A DNA stretch of 64,000 nt from NCBI GenBank assembly GCA_016288655.1, contig JAEEKX010000041.1, forward strand, positions 3,367-67,366, given 5' to 3'. Below are positions 1 through 8,580 of the stretch, piece by piece; the stretch's first letter is position 1, and each line of letters opens with the position of its first letter. The translations under genes and the position numbers were made by a program. Under the pieces are notes generated by a model. That model made no database searches, was not told the DNA's origin, and was given only the letters and a program-made list of their open reading frames with translations. The stretch comes from Bacteroidales bacterium. GTDB lineage: Bacteria > Bacteroidota > Bacteroidia > Bacteroidales > WCHB1-69.

Positions 1-23
1 TTTGAAATCAAAAATTCAACATA

Positions 24-1994
24 GTGAAAGCATTCGACCCCACGCAAAATTACGAGAAATCGCGTCAGAAAATCGGTTATGTAAACCGTAAGGAAGCGAC
101 TCAAAAAGATTATGACAGAATTGGTTACAAATCAGGTCTGGAAGTCCACCAGCAGTTGCTGACGGAGAAGAAACTCTTTTGCCGTTGTCCTGCCGGCCGT
201 TATCAGAAGGCCGACGAGTACGACGCGGAAATCATCCGTCACATGCGTCCTACCCTGTCGGAGATGGGCGAATATGACGGCACCGCGCTGATGGAGTTCC
301 GCACGCGCAAGGAAATCGTGTATCACATCGCTAACCCGACGGCCTGCACCTATGAGGTGGACGACACTCCGCCGTTTTTCATTGACAATCAGGCGTTGGA
401 GATCGCCATCGAAGCGGCCTTGGCCTCCAAGATGAGCATCGTCGGTGAGGTACACATTACCCGTAAGCAGTACTTGGACGGCTCCATTCCAACGGGTTTC
501 CAGCGTACCGCCATCATCGGCATCGAGGGCGAACTTCCGCTCAAACACAAGACTGTCAAGTTGATACAGATGAGTTTGGAAGAAGACGCTTGTCGTGAGG
601 TTTCCGACATCGGTCACCGCCGTGTCTATCGCACCGACCGTTTGGGCATGCCGCTGATTGAGACGGTCACCTATCCAGAGTTGATGAACCCGGAGGAGTT
701 GCGTGAGGCCTGCAACGCCATCCGCTTTCTGAACCGCAGTCTGGGTAAGGTGCGTACGGGCATCGGCGCCGGCCGCGAGGACGTGAACGTGAGTTGCACC
801 GGCGGCACCCGCATCGAGATCAAGGGCGTCGCACACACCAAATGGATCCCGGAACTCGCTCACAATGAGTGCTATCGCCAGTGGGCGTTGCTCGCCATCC
901 GCGACGAACTCAACCGCCGTTGCAAAAAAGACGAGTGGAAGATGCAGTCGATGAAACTGAATCCCAAGGATTTGAAGTTCTACTTCACCCCGATACAAGA
1001 TGCCATCGCGCGTGGCGAACAACTCTATGCCGTCAACATGCCGCACTTCGCCGGCTTGCTGTCGCACTTCACCCAGCCGGGCAAACCGTTCTACGACGAG
1101 TTCGCCGGCCGCCTGAAGGTGATCGCCTGCATCGAGCGCCCCAACATGGCCACATCCGAGGACCTCGACGATGTGGTGAGCGACAGCGTCTTCGCCAAGG
1201 TCGCCAAGATGTTCAATGCAGCCGACGACGACGCGCAGATCATCTTCTGGGCTCCCGACGCTGACGTGGCCATGGCCTTGGATGTCATTGAGGAACGTGC
1301 GCTGATGACCTTCGACGGCGTGCCGCAGGAGACCCGCAAGGGCCTGCCCGACGGCACCACCATCTTCGAACGCGTGCTGCCCGGTGCTGACCGTATGTAC
1401 CCCGACACCGATTCCGCGCCCATCCCGCTCGACAACGCCCGCATCGAGGAGATCCGCAAGAACGTACCCGCCATGGATGTGCCCGCCCGCTATCAGCAAC
1501 TGCAGCAGTGGGGCGTGCCGGAAGATTGCTATTTCTACCTTTTCACTCATAACCTCTTCCCGCTTATCCAACGGATTGTCAACGAGTTGAAGATCGACGG
1601 CAAGTATGTCGGCACCTTCATGGGCCAGCGTTTCAAACACCTTCACGGCAAGTATCGTCAGGTGCCGTTCGCTTTCGACCGCGTCTATGACATGTTTGCC
1701 TTCCTGCAGAAGGAGAAAATTGACTTTGCCGTTGTCAACGCATTGGTGGAGAAGATGTTCGCCGAACCCGAAGCCGAGTTCAGCGCCCTGTTGCCGGCCA
1801 GTTGCAACTGCAAGACGCTGGCGATGGTGAAGGAATTGGCCAGTTGCTTGGCGACTTTCAAACCGAACCGCAAGCGTACCAACGACAACGACAAGTTCAA
1901 CTACCTGATGGGGCAGATGCGCCGTCGTTGCGAAGGTGCGGCTCCGATTGCCGAACTGACGAAGGTAGTGAAAACCACGTTGCATGTTAAATAG
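24..1994 (+). CDS. GatE-like (archaeal-type) Glu/Asp-tRNA amidotransferase subunit E/B family protein, 656 aa
   Basis: GTG start. N-terminal GLEVHQQL..KLFCRCP motif of the GatB/GatE core. REDVNVS..GGTRIEIKGV block. Much longer than a typical GatB. C-terminal GatB/YqeY-like tail NYLMGQMRRRCEGAAPIAEL. Confidence 0.7.
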   Translation: MKAFDPTQNYEKSRQKIGYVNRKEATQKDYDRIGYKSGLEVHQQLLTEKKLFCRCPAGRYQKADEYDAEIIRHMRPTLSEMGEYDGTALMEFRTRKEIVYHIANPTACTYEVDDTPPFFIDNQALEIAIEAALASKMSIVGEVHITRKQYLDGSIPTGFQRTAIIGIEGELPLKHKTVKLIQMSLEEDACREVSDIGHRRVYRTDRLGMPLIETVTYPELMNPEELREACNAIRFLNRSLGKVRTGIGAGREDVNVSCTGGTRIEIKGVAHTKWIPELAHNECYRQWALLAIRDELNRRCKKDEWKMQSMKLNPKDLKFYFTPIQDAIARGEQLYAVNMPHFAGLLSHFTQPGKPFYDEFAGRLKVIACIERPNMATSEDLDDVVSDSVFAKVAKMFNAADDDAQIIFWAPDADVAMALDVIEERALMTFDGVPQETRKGLPDGTTIFERVLPGADRMYPDTDSAPIPLDNARIEEIRKNVPAMDVPARYQQLQQWGVPEDCYFYLFTHNLFPLIQRIVNELKIDGKYVGTFMGQRFKHLHGKYRQVPFAFDRVYDMFAFLQKEKIDFAVVNALVEKMFAEPEAEFSALLPASCNCKTLAMVKELASCLATFKPNRKRTNDNDKFNYLMGQMRRRCEGAAPIAELTKVVKTTLHVK

Positions 1995-2976
1995 TCTGAT
2001 AGAAAGCTTCTCACGGGCAACGGTGCTCGTCATTGGAGATGTCATGGTAGATGCCTACCTGAAAGGGGGCGTCGGACGCATTTCCCCGGAGGCGCCGGTG
2101 CCGATCGTCGATGTGCACGAGCGATACTATCGCCCGGGCGGTGCGGCGAACGTGGCAATGAATCTGCAATCGTTGGGTGCGACGGCGCTGATGTGTTCCG
2201 TCATCGGCAATGATGAGAAGGGTGCAGAGTTTGTGGCGTTGATGGAGGAGCACAAACTTCCCACACAATACCTGCTGAAGTCCGCAACGCGCAAGACTAC
2301 AGTTAAATACCGTATCATCGCCAATGCACGGCAGATGCTGCGGGTGGATGAAGAAGATGCCTCACCATTGGCTGCCGACGAAGCTTCACGATTGTTGAAT
2401 GAAATAAAGCAAATTCTTGATACTCAAAATGTTAACGCTATCATTTTTGAGGATTACGACAAAGGAATCATTTCGCCGGAGTTGATTTCTCAGGTCGTGA
2501 TGTGGGCGAAAGAACGTGGAATCATCGTCACTGTAGATCCGAAACGCCGTAATTTTTCTCATTATAAAGGAGTTACACTTTTCAAACCCAATTTGAAAGA
2601 GTTGAGAGAGGGTTTGGAAGAGGGCTCTCGGGAAATGGAAATGACGGAGGTGGAGCAGCGGGTGCGTCGTTTCGCCCAAGAAAACGGCATAGCGTATCTT
2701 TTCACCACCATGTCGGAAAATGGCGTCGCCATATACGATGCCGAACATGATGTTTTTTACACGCAACCCGCTTATCTACGACGTATTAGCGATGTGTCAG
2801 GTGCTGGCGACACGGTCATTTCAGTGGCCACATTGTGCCTGCTTTCCGGCTTGACGGCCCAGCAGACGGCGCAGATTTCCAATCTCGCGGGCGGTATCGT
2901 CTGCGAGTACAGCGGCGTCACGCCCGTGCCGATGGACCGTCTGATAGAGGAAGTGCGCAAATACCATATTATATAG
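1984..2976 (+). CDS. PfkB-family sugar kinase, RfaE/HldE domain-I-like (D-glycero-beta-D-manno-heptose-7-phosphate kinase-like)
   Basis: VLVIGDVMVDAY..GRISPEAPVPIV..RPGGAANVA N-terminus and C-terminal DVSGAGDT motif typical of RfaE domain I. Overlaps the upstream stop by 11 nt. Confidence 0.75.
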   Translation: MLNSLIESFSRATVLVIGDVMVDAYLKGGVGRISPEAPVPIVDVHERYYRPGGAANVAMNLQSLGATALMCSVIGNDEKGAEFVALMEEHKLPTQYLLKSATRKTTVKYRIIANARQMLRVDEEDASPLAADEASRLLNEIKQILDTQNVNAIIFEDYDKGIISPELISQVVMWAKERGIIVTVDPKRRNFSHYKGVTLFKPNLKELREGLEEGSREMEMTEVEQRVRRFAQENGIAYLFTTMSENGVAIYDAEHDVFYTQPAYLRRISDVSGAGDTVISVATLCLLSGLTAQQTAQISNLAGGIVCEYSGVTPVPMDRLIEEVRKYHII

Positions 2977-2981
2977 TGCTT

Positions 2982-3617
2982 ATGAAAAAGGAGAAAATCC
3001 GCAACTTGGGGCGTTCGCATGGCGAGGTCATCACCTTGGAACAGATGACGCACGCCGACTGGGGACGCCACAAAAAGAAGAAAGTCATCACTCATAGCGT
3101 CATCGGCACGCCCTACGGGAAAATGCTCGTTGCCTCCTTCGGCACGGGAATTTGCTTCATGGGAATGTATGATAGCAATGATGTGTGTATGAGTAGGTTG
3201 CGTGAGATTTATCCGAATGTCGAGTTCAAGCGCCAGACCATGCCGGAGCATCGCAATGTGCAGAATTTCTTGCGTTGCGACTGGAGTAAGGTCGAACCTA
3301 TCCGGCTGTATGTCAAGGGAACGGACTTTCAGATCAAAGTGTGGCAGGAACTGTTGAATATCCCGGTGGGGAAGGTCTCCTCTTACGGTGAAATCGCCCG
3401 CAACATTGGCAATCCCAGGTCGGTACGTGCTGTGGGCAATGCGGTGGGAAGAAATCCTGTGGTCTATTTAATCCCTTGTCATAGAGTGATTTGTAATTCT
3501 GGAAAGCCAGGCAATTTCCTTTGGGGGCCGGAGGTGAAGTTGCTTTTTTTGAACCATGAGTCCGCACCTGGCCGCAAAATGGTCGGCTATTTCAATTGGG
3601 AACCCACACTTTTTTAG
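2982..3617 (+). CDS. ogt: methylated-DNA--protein-cysteine methyltransferase
   Basis: IPCHRV active-site motif, VSSYGEIA..GNP.SVRAVGNAVGRNP block. I chose the ATG at 2982 (MKKEKIRN) rather than the longer ORF start, which overlaps the kinase. Confidence 0.85.
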   Translation: MKKEKIRNLGRSHGEVITLEQMTHADWGRHKKKKVITHSVIGTPYGKMLVASFGTGICFMGMYDSNDVCMSRLREIYPNVEFKRQTMPEHRNVQNFLRCDWSKVEPIRLYVKGTDFQIKVWQELLNIPVGKVSSYGEIARNIGNPRSVRAVGNAVGRNPVVYLIPCHRVICNSGKPGNFLWGPEVKLLFLNHESAPGRKMVGYFNWEPTLF

Positions 3618-3624
3618 ACCGGCA

Positions 3625-4059
3625 ATGACTGCAACAGAAGATATCACCTTTAGGTTTTTCGCACCTATCCAAGTCAGAATGAGCGACTTGGATCCCTTTG
3701 CGCATGTCAACAACGGAGTACAGTGCAACTATTTCGACTATGGGAGAAGTTGCTATTTCGAACATGTTTTCGGCGAGCAGATCGACTGGCTCTCCATGGA
3801 TATGGTGTTGGTGCATGTGGACATGGACTTTCGAGGACCGATCAAAGTGCATGATCAAATTGTTTGCGAAACAGCCATTTATGAATTCGGGAACAAGAGT
3901 TTCAAAATGGTACAACGGTTGAAAAGTGCGGTGACGGGTCAGGTCAAGACGATCTGCCATAGTGTATTGTCAGGTTTTGACCGAAAGACGGAGCAGTCGG
4001 CACCCATCCGTGCCGACTACAAGCGAAAGATCGCCGAATTTGAGCATCTGGAACTGTAG
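3625..4059 (+). CDS. acyl-CoA thioesterase, 4HBT/YbgC-like hotdog fold
   Basis: FRFFAPIQVRMSDLDPFAHVNNGVQCNYFD matches the hotdog thioesterase N-terminal catalytic region. Start taken at MTATED (3625). Confidence 0.7.
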   Translation: MTATEDITFRFFAPIQVRMSDLDPFAHVNNGVQCNYFDYGRSCYFEHVFGEQIDWLSMDMVLVHVDMDFRGPIKVHDQIVCETAIYEFGNKSFKMVQRLKSAVTGQVKTICHSVLSGFDRKTEQSAPIRADYKRKIAEFEHLEL

Positions 4060-4207
4060 CGTGCGATGAAGGGGAGGATGAAATTCTTCCAAAAAACAGC
4101 CATTTCACTATGTTAGATATTGGCAGAGGTGATAAGTTGTTGATTTTCAATAAAATAATTTTAAAATATTTTCTTAAAACGTTTGGAAATCGGTAGCCCC
4201 TTAATGT

Positions 4208-4215
4208 ATCTTTGT
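4208..4215 (+). promoter_or_regulatory. candidate Bacteroidota -7 promoter box TATCTTTG (TAnnTTTG)
   Basis: Exact match to TAnnTTTG inside a visibly AT-rich intergenic region. It lies about 200 nt upstream of the 4419 start, which implies a long leader. Confidence 0.35.
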
Positions 4216-4418
4216 GACGAAAGATCAACAAGGGGTAGCAGCCCTTACGTGACTCGACAATCTCATGACGCTTAAAGAAACCGATGTCTAACTAAAAACC
4301 TGATGCTGAGAAGAAAGACCGACATTCAATGTGATCATTGACGATGATACTGCATCCCAAGGGATGTAATACTGCGAAAGTGTAAGCTCAACAACTCATT
4401 AACCTAAAAAACACGATT

Positions 4419-4925
4419 ATGAAAAGAATGTTTATGATCCTGTGTCTATGCTTAGTGGCAATGACATGTTTCGGCAAAAAGGTGTTAGTGGTGGAGGTCA
4501 ACAAGTCCGGCGAGGCCTGGCAGAACCTCTTCAACTGTTACCAGCGGGTGACGACCAGTTTTGTGGGATGCGAAAATGGAGTCAACATGGCTACATTGGA
4601 CTGCTATGGGCCCGGTTACAACTTCTGCCGTGCCTCGCGGGAGATCGGTGCCAGCGACTGCGGCGCATTGGGCGGCACGCTGTTGTCCCATGCCGGCGTG
4701 CTCAATGCCATCAATGCGTTGATCGCCACCTCGGAGACGGCGGCGAACAGAGGCCGTTACAGCGGTCTCGCCACCCAGAAGGTGTCGATTAGCGATGGGA
4801 CGAAATCGCAACTCTACTTTGTCAAGGCCGAATGGCGGTACGACAGCAAAGACCTCCATCAGGGTACGCTGACCATCACCATCGAGACTGACGACAGCAA
4901 CCTGCTTCCGAACGCCCGCCAATAA
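4419..4925 (+). CDS. hypothetical small exported Cys-rich protein, 168 aa
   Basis: N-terminal hydrophobic signal sequence MKRMFMILCLCLVAMTCFG, five Cys in the first ~65 mature residues, GC3-rich codon usage. I recognise no family. Confidence 0.6.
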   Translation: MKRMFMILCLCLVAMTCFGKKVLVVEVNKSGEAWQNLFNCYQRVTTSFVGCENGVNMATLDCYGPGYNFCRASREIGASDCGALGGTLLSHAGVLNAINALIATSETAANRGRYSGLATQKVSISDGTKSQLYFVKAEWRYDSKDLHQGTLTITIETDDSNLLPNARQ

Positions 4926-5016
4926 GTGGTGAAACGACTATATCAATGATTTTACAGGGCGCGCTTCGGCACTTCCCCTGCTCGGAGTGTGCCCTTTTAC
5001 AAAACCCAAACTTGCG

Positions 5017-6693
5017 ATGATGAAACGACCAATACGATGGATATTCCTGCTTGCCTGCTGCATGTTGGCGGACGTTACGGCCACGGCACAAGAGCATGTG
5101 TCGCACCGCTTCCGGCTGGTGGCCGAGATGACGCTGTCCGCATCCTCCTGTGCTTGTCGGCCAGGCAGGATTCTGGGATGCGTGGATGGCCCCCGGCTTT
5201 ACCTGTGCCGATCGGAGGTGGAACACCAGCGCGGACGGGGATGCCTGCTCGAAGTGGAAGAGTGGAACCTGCTGTCGGAAACCTGCCGCACGATTCAGGT
5301 GCCACTGCCGGAACCGAAAAGAAATCTCCTCGGGGTGCGCAAGTACTGGCTGAGCGCGTTGGCAGTAACGGATGGCTCCCTCGCCTTGGCCACCCATGAT
5401 CGGCTGTTCCTGTTCGAGATCCGCAAGGATGCCACCTGCCGTTTGTCACAAGCCCTCGCATTCCCTGACGCGGACTTCCCCTTCTGGGATGACGGCAAGG
5501 CCTATGCCGTCGCACAGGTCAACGACGACGGCTTCCTGCTGTCGGCCTGCACCGACAACCGGCTCGACTCCGTGGCCCGCTTCCCGCTGCCGGCCCCCTT
5601 CCTGCTGCAGTTCGCCCCCAACACTCTTCTCAAACCTCTGGGCGGCAATGTCTATCTGCTGCCGACACCGGAACCGGTGTTGCAACGCTACGACCTGCAC
5701 GGCAATCCGACTGGCGTGTTGCGGTTGCACATCCCACGATGGAATCCCATGCCCGCCGACTATCGGCAGACGGTAAGCGCCATGCCCTATGGTGGCGACC
5801 GCGCCCTGCACATCTTCAACAGCTGTACACCGTACTCCTTTCCGCTCGAGGTCTTTCCTATGAACGACACCACTTTCTTGCTCTCTTGCCATCAGTACGA
5901 TTCCGCCCGCGCCCGCCGTGACATCTTCCTCTACCGGGTGCAGACGGACAGGACGTGGTCGGCGGCGGTGTGCGAACCGCTGGCGAAACAGTTCGCGGCG
6001 GACCATCGAATGGCGACGGAGGAGTATCCGTTCTGCTACGCCGACCGCGCCCTGCGGCTGATGACAGGCGGTCGGGACATGCTGGTGCAGGTGGTGAAGA
6101 GTTCGGATGAGCCGTATGTCGGGCGCACCGAAACAGAGTACGCCGCTGCCCAGGAGACGTTCTTCGCCCAATCGCCACCGCAGCTGAAGGTGCGGGCGTT
6201 GCGGCCGGCCGAATCCGCGCCGCAGGTGGATGCCGACCAGCTGGCACTGACGGACTTCTCCGGAGGCCCCTTTGCTATGGACAGCATTCCGACCCGACGG
6301 GCCCTCTTCATCGTCAACCGCCCGCCGCAATGCCACGCCTGTGAGGAGGGGCTCATCGACTTCGCCAACACGCTCGACCTGGGCGACTGTTCCCTATATG
6401 TCGTCGAAAGTAGGGCGGTGAATGCCCTCGCACGGCGTGAGAGTCTGGAAAAATTGCACTCCCGACTGCAGCTGCCCTTCACTCCTCTATTCCCTATGCC
6501 GGCGGAGGAAGGCGAACTTATGGCTGTGATCGGCGATTGCGAATATCCCGTCATCCTGCTTTGGGACAGGCAATGGAAAACGCTTACCCGATGGTCCGGT
6601 GCAGCTCTGTACCCCGACAATCCTTGGGAAGCGCCCCCCAATGGACAAGCGCGGGATTTCATCCGCAGTTTCGCCGCGAGGCGGTCGCCATAG
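5017..6693 (+). CDS. hypothetical exported protein with C-terminal thioredoxin-like CxxC region
   Basis: Signal peptide MMKRPIRWIFLLACCMLADVTATAQ. C-terminal FIVNRPPQCHACEEGL followed by a thioredoxin-fold-like pattern. The N-terminal ~400 aa are unassigned. Confidence 0.6.
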   Translation: MMKRPIRWIFLLACCMLADVTATAQEHVSHRFRLVAEMTLSASSCACRPGRILGCVDGPRLYLCRSEVEHQRGRGCLLEVEEWNLLSETCRTIQVPLPEPKRNLLGVRKYWLSALAVTDGSLALATHDRLFLFEIRKDATCRLSQALAFPDADFPFWDDGKAYAVAQVNDDGFLLSACTDNRLDSVARFPLPAPFLLQFAPNTLLKPLGGNVYLLPTPEPVLQRYDLHGNPTGVLRLHIPRWNPMPADYRQTVSAMPYGGDRALHIFNSCTPYSFPLEVFPMNDTTFLLSCHQYDSARARRDIFLYRVQTDRTWSAAVCEPLAKQFAADHRMATEEYPFCYADRALRLMTGGRDMLVQVVKSSDEPYVGRTETEYAAAQETFFAQSPPQLKVRALRPAESAPQVDADQLALTDFSGGPFAMDSIPTRRALFIVNRPPQCHACEEGLIDFANTLDLGDCSLYVVESRAVNALARRESLEKLHSRLQLPFTPLFPMPAEEGELMAVIGDCEYPVILLWDRQWKTLTRWSGAALYPDNPWEAPPNGQARDFIRSFAARRSP

Positions 6694-6748
6694 GACATAA
6701 ATTATTGCGCCTTGCAAACGCCGATGTCGGTAGTTCGCAAAATAGTTG

Positions 6749-6756
6749 TACCTTTG
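6749..6756 (+). promoter_or_regulatory. candidate -7 promoter box TACCTTTG
   Basis: TAnnTTTG match 29 nt upstream of the DUF58 ATG. Confidence 0.5.
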
Positions 6757-6784
6757 CACGGTTTTTCGAAAGCACGATAAGCGT

Positions 6785-7720
6785 ATGGAATACAAGTTGG
6801 ATTTGTCGAAAGTAACACAGTACGACAGCCTCGAGTTCGTCGCCAAACAGGTCGTGGAGGGCTTCATCACAGGCATCCACAAAAGTCCGATGCACGGATT
6901 CTCCGTCGAGTTCGCCGAGCATCGCCAGTACAACACCGGCGAGCCGACCAAGCATATCGACTGGAAACTGTACGCCAAGACCGACAAGTTGTTCGTGAAG
7001 TGTTACGAAGAGGAGACCAACCTGCGTTGCCACCTCATCATCGACAACTCGTCATCCATGTACTTCCCATTGCAGCCGAACTACACGCTCGCCTCGCCGA
7101 ACAAGATCTTCTTCTCCATCTACGCTGCTGCCGCCATCATCCAGATGCTCAAGAACCAGCGCGACGCCGTCGGCCTCAGCGTCTTCTCCGACACCCTCGA
7201 ACTGCATACCCAGGCGAGGGGAGGGGACATGCACCAGAAGATGATCTACCGCGAACTGGAAAAACTGCTCCGCCCCATCTCGCAGGACGTTCGCCGCAAG
7301 ACCATGGTCACCGACACCCTGCACCGCATCGCAGAGCAGATCCACCGCCGCTCCATGGTCATCATCTTCAGCGATATGCTTGAAACTTCCGCCGACCTCG
7401 AGGAACTGCTGCTCGCCCTGCAACATCTCAAGCACAACAAACACGAGGTGATCCTCTTCCATACTTACCACAAAAAACTGGAGTTCGACTTCGCACTGGA
7501 AAACCGGCTGTACAAGTTCATCGACATGGAATCCGGCGAGGAACTCAAGATCCACGCGAACCAGATCCGCGATTACTATCAGGCCACGATCGGCGACTAC
7601 TTCAAGGAACTGAAGGTGAAGTGCGGGCAGTATCAGATTGACTTGATCCCCTGCGATATCACCAAGGGTTTTGACCAGATTCTCCTGCCATACGTGCTCA
7701 AGCGCCAGAAGGCATATTAG
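6785..7720 (+). CDS. DUF58 domain-containing protein (MoxR/Bat-operon-type vWA-like)
   Basis: LEFVAKQVVEGFITGIHKSPMHGFSVEFAEHRQYNTGEPTKHIDWK and LIIDNSSSM are characteristic DUF58 blocks. Start at MEYKLD. Confidence 0.8.
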   Translation: MEYKLDLSKVTQYDSLEFVAKQVVEGFITGIHKSPMHGFSVEFAEHRQYNTGEPTKHIDWKLYAKTDKLFVKCYEEETNLRCHLIIDNSSSMYFPLQPNYTLASPNKIFFSIYAAAAIIQMLKNQRDAVGLSVFSDTLELHTQARGGDMHQKMIYRELEKLLRPISQDVRRKTMVTDTLHRIAEQIHRRSMVIIFSDMLETSADLEELLLALQHLKHNKHEVILFHTYHKKLEFDFALENRLYKFIDMESGEELKIHANQIRDYYQATIGDYFKELKVKCGQYQIDLIPCDITKGFDQILLPYVLKRQKAY

Positions 7721-7771
7721 TTTTCCCCTGTTTCATCAACCAGGCAACACGCCTCCGCTATTCGATTCTTT

Positions 7772-8485
7772 ATGACCTCGAACAACTCATCCTATACCCC
7801 AAATCTCCCCATCACACAGTGGTCGGTGTCGGACCGGCCGCGGGAGAAGTACATGGCACACGGTGCCGCCGGCGTGGGCGACGCTGAACTATTGGCCATT
7901 CTGCTACGCACGGGCAGCGCGCAGGAGTCGGCCGTGGAACTCGCCCGCCGCCTGCTGGCCGCCCACGACAACAGCTTGAACCAACTTTCGGAACTGTCGA
8001 TCGAGGCACTGACACACATCAAGGGCGTCGGGAAGGTGAAGGCCGTCACCTTGCACGCCGCCTTCGAGTTGGGACGGCGGAGACGCGCCGAAACCGTGGA
8101 GCAGAAACAGAAGATCGGCTCCGCGGAAGACTTGGCCGCCCTGATGCAGAGCCGTTTCGCCGAAGCCCGCCACGAGGAGTTCTGGGTGGTGTTCGTCGAT
8201 GCCGCCCTCTGCATACTCAAGATCCAGCAAGTCGGTGTCGGCGGTTTGGACAGAACGGCCGTGGACGTGCGACGGATCGTCCGACAGGCACTCGAATTGA
8301 ATGCCGTCGGCATGTTCGTATGCCACAACCATCCCTCCGGCCGCCTGCAACCGAGTAAAGAGGATGTCCGACTGACCAACCAGATCAAGGAGGCGGCAGC
8401 CATGTTCAGCATCAAACTCCACGACCATGTCATCCTGCATGGGGATGAATTCTACAGTTTCGCAGGCGAGGGAATGATGATGTGA
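7772..8485 (+). CDS. radC: RadC-family JAB/MPN domain protein (UPF0758)
   Basis: RPREK..G...LSDAELLAILLRTG N-terminus, HhH segment IKGVGKVKA, JAMM motif HNHPSG..PSKED. Confidence 0.85.
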   Translation: MTSNNSSYTPNLPITQWSVSDRPREKYMAHGAAGVGDAELLAILLRTGSAQESAVELARRLLAAHDNSLNQLSELSIEALTHIKGVGKVKAVTLHAAFELGRRRRAETVEQKQKIGSAEDLAALMQSRFAEARHEEFWVVFVDAALCILKIQQVGVGGLDRTAVDVRRIVRQALELNAVGMFVCHNHPSGRLQPSKEDVRLTNQIKEAAAMFSIKLHDHVILHGDEFYSFAGEGMMM

Positions 8486-8514
8486 TTTCATCCCTGCAAT
8501 CTATCCCTACCCAC

Positions 8515-8570
8515 TGTAACTTAAAACCTGTAACCTATAACCTATAACCAATAACCTATAACCAACAACC
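8515..8570. repeat. tandem heptamer repeat, 8 units, consensus TATAACC
   Basis: TGTAACT TAAAACC TGTAACC TATAACC TATAACC AATAACC TATAACC AACAACC, read directly. It lies between the convergent radC and arcA stops. Confidence 0.9.
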
Positions 8571-8580
8571 ACCCTGAATT

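Noticed and set aside
132-2045. A 637-aa ORF antisense to the GatE-like gene. Similar very long antisense ORFs are 30390-32237 (615 aa, opposite valS), 48543-49907 (opposite leuS), 41953-43239 (opposite pgi), 38734-40014, 44963-46075, 12887-14059, 24254-25324, 11362-12279 and 22700-23302.
   Set aside because: Where I checked phase (the gatE-like gene, valS and pgi, coordinate differences divisible by 3), the antisense ORF is in the codon-aligned frame of a confidently identified gene. In that frame a stop appears only where the sense gene uses TTA, CTA or TCA, which are rare under this genome's GC3-rich codon bias. The translations are Val/Gly/Asp/His/Ala/Leu-rich with no recognisable motifs, so they are by-products of codon bias and not overlapping genes.
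8515-8570. Whether the short tandem repeats could be a CRISPR array.
   Set aside because: The units are 7 nt long and contiguous, with no spacers, and there are no cas genes in the window. It is a microsatellite-like repeat and not a CRISPR array.
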